Of a stretch of DNA of 64,000 nucleotides, positions 61,391-64,000 are shown piece after piece. The stretch spans positions 137,580,001 to 137,644,000 of the forward strand of contig CM059432.1 of the NCBI GenBank assembly GCA_030390025.1. The letters run 5' to 3'. This stretch comes from Squalus acanthias. Taxonomy: Eukaryota. The translations under genes and the position numbers were made by a program. How positions within the stretch are numbered: position 1 is the stretch's first letter; every line of letters begins with the position of its first letter. The notes beneath the pieces were generated by a model. That model saw only the letters and a list, made by a program, of their open reading frames with translations, had not been told where the DNA came from and did no database searches.

Positions 61391-63138
61391 AAGCTGACTG
61401 CAAATAGAATCACATACTCTGTTACTCTGACGGATGGGAAGAGTAGTACCTTACATCGCAAGTATGCTTTACGCCAAGACGGACGTTCACCCTTTATTTA
61501 ATTCTGGGTAAAATATATTTTGTGGTACTGATTCATTGTTATCTCCTAACTATTCATGTCTCCCTATGTTTCAGATATCCTCTATGATTTTGAAGCCCCA
61601 AATACCTTCAAGGCTCACTTTGCCTCACTCCATAACTGAATTCCCTCCCCACACAATGTTTCTATGTAGAACAGCACTGCTCGCTCATGGCGTCACTCTC
61701 ACAGGACAAGACATTCCAAATTCCCAACATGATCAAGTCGTTATTCTTGCTTTGGATAAAATTTAAACCAAGATCATGATTTGTGTTTACTCATGTATAT
61801 AGGAAATACCTAGTGAGGCAAAAGCCACCCTTAAAACAGCATCAGTACTTCAATAGAATGCCAGAAGGCAGACTACCCCGTGACCATTTTTGCATGCACT
61901 GCTAACATCTCCTTAGAAATAGCCTTTAAGTCGTTAAGAAAAGTTATGACAGCACACAGAAGTACAGGCGACACAACTTGGAAAAATGCTTGAATAATAA
62001 ATAAAATCAATACTTCTTAAGCTGCCTATATGATAGCATATAAACTAGTTTTAAAATGCTAAACTGTGATTTAGACTGTATGAAATTAGTGGGAGTACTA
62101 CCCCTGGTGATATGGGCTGTGCAGATGCTGATAAGAAAATTAACAGGAGTAAATTTTATAGTTAACCTTGAAGGTTGTGTCTTTTTACCTGTAAATGGAC
62201 AAAACAGAACTGTACTTGATCAGAAGCTGATGCATCATTTTAGTGACACTTGATATGTGTTAGACCGTTTGAGCTTAAAACTCTTTCATTAAGTTGGACA
62301 CAAGTGTACTGATGCAACTAAAATGAATCTCTCTAAATTCAATGTACCTTTGAAGCTGTTTTGAGAGTCATTGGCTCGTTGTGTGTAAAGACTAATTCAC
62401 TGGAAACATTAACGGGACAATTTTAGTATGTTTTTCTTCAATTGGCAAATTAAACTAAAATTCTGAATGTGCACACTTCTTTATGTTGAAATGACCATGT
62501 TCATTAACAAGCTAGCACAGCATTCGTCAGGGAACAGGGAATGAAGCAAATCTGAGTCCTGCTCTCCTCAGTTCCTTAGCCTCTTTTCAGAGGGTGGTGC
62601 TATGTGGAAACATCTCCCAGTAGGGGGAAAGGACAATCACACCCTTTCCAGATGGTCCCTCGAGCTGGTTCTGGGGTGACCCGAGGATAGGCTATGCTCC
62701 AGCTATCTCAGCAGCAGAGATGTCAGGTTAGGTGGATGAAAGCGGGAATACAATTATAAAAAAATTGTTAAATGCCCTCACCATGAGAAAAGAAAGTTTA
62801 AAAAAAACACACACACTGGAAACTGAGGGCTGTGGATAAGAACACGCAACCAACTCAACCTCGTGTTTTATCACCTCTGTTGGGTTGAAAGTCCTTTGTT
62901 TGCCAATTGGGGGGTGGTGGTCTCAATCTAATTTCCAGTGGATGCAAGTCCACAGGACAAAACTATGTTCAAACTAACTGGCAATGTCACTCAAAAAGGG
63001 TACAATGATAACCACCTACTGCAGTATGCCAGTGTACTTCCTGACATCAGTGTTAAGGGGAAGTGGGGAGGAAATATACCCCTCATCTAACCCGTGTTGT
63101 ATTTGACTTATAGAATTACTGGGCACAGACATCGATAC

Positions 63139-64000
63139 GAGCAGCGGCTCAAAGAGCACCGAGAGCGGGAGCAGCGGCATAAAGAGCGCCGAGAGCGGGA
63201 GCAGCGGTATAAAGAGCGCCGAGAGCGGGAGCAGCGGTATAAAGAGCGCCGAGAGCAGGAGCAGCGGTATAAAGAGCGCCGAGAGCGGGAACAGCGGTAT
63301 AAAGAGCGCCGAGAGCAGGAGCAGCGGTATAAAGAGCGCCGAGAGCGGGAGCAGCGGTATAAAGAGCGCCGAGAGCGGGAGCAGCAGTATAAAGAGCGCC
63401 GAGAGTGGGAGCAGCGGTATAAAGAGCGCCGAGAGTGGGAGCAGTGGTAAAAAGAGCGCCGAGAGCGGGAGCAGCGGTATAAAGAGCGCTGAGAGCAGGA
63501 GCAGCGGCACAAAGAGCGCCGAGAGCGGGAGCAGTGGTACAAAGAGCGCCGAGAGCGGGAGCAGCGGTATAAAGAGCGCCGAGAGTGGGAGCAGTGGTAT
63601 AAAGAGCGCTGAGAGCGGGAGCAGCAGTATAAAGAGCGCCGAGAGCGGGAGCAGTGGTATAAAGAGTGCTGAGAGCGGGAGCAGTGGTATAAAGAGCGCT
63701 GAGAGCGGGAGCAGCAGTATAAAGAGCGCCGAGAGCGGGAGCAGTGGTATAAAGAGCGCTGAGAGCAGGAGCATCGGCTCAAAGAGCGCCGAGAGTGGGA
63801 GCAGCGGCTCAAAGAGCGCCGAGAGCGGGAGCAGCGGTATAAAGAGCGCCGAGAGCAGGAGCAGCGGCTCAAAGAGCGCCGAGAGTGGGAGCAGCGGTAT
63901 AAAGAGCGCCGAGAGCAGGAGCAGCGGTATAAAGAGCGCCGAGAGCAGGAGCAGCGGTATAAAGAGCGCCGAGAGCAGGAGCAGCGGTATAAAGAGCGCC
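63139..64000. repeat. 30-bp minisatellite (consensus AAAGAGCGCCGAGAGCGGGAGCAGCGGTAT), ~29 copies, runs off the window; within a ZNF236 intron
   Basis: Exact 30-nt periodicity directly visible. Confidence 0.97.

Noticed and set aside
63016..63872. Long 252/254-aa minus-strand ORFs and a 118-aa plus-strand ORF
   Set aside because: Translations of the 30-bp minisatellite; no splice signals or domain content.
63139..64000. CRISPR-like regular repeat
   Set aside because: Head-to-tail units without unique spacers, in a vertebrate intron; no cas genes.

Overview
Eukaryotic (cartilaginous-fish, shark-like) genomic DNA. The + strand carries the 3' part of the Golli-MBP (myelin basic protein) gene: one large Golli/MBP-exon-1 exon (4505-4977) and five further coding exons (32918-33025, 34919-34951, 35787-35828, 39833-39943, 48481-48516). 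From ATG 4840 these splice in frame to a 155-aa classic shark-type MBP, followed by a ~1.7 kb 3'UTR. The - strand carries the last two coding exons of ZNF236 (59476-59652, 57986-58116), tail-to-tail with MBP as in other vertebrates. Introns are full of CR1-like and L2-like LINE fragments, Deu-domain and V-type SINEs, PIF/Harbinger relics and MITEs, and Penelope-like fragments with minimal hammerhead ribozyme motifs. Most interesting: (i) candidate microexons in MBP intron 1 whose peptide (SHLRAQPG) resembles mammalian MBP exon II; (ii) an intron read-through VSSEG-stop resembling the mammalian Golli BG21/HOG5 isoform, followed by a ~5 kb repeat-poor stretch; (iii) intact-looking minimal hammerhead motifs, one sense-oriented inside a large fold-back in the last MBP intron. 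Comparisons with mammalian sequences are from recall, not alignment; repeat boundaries are approximate.
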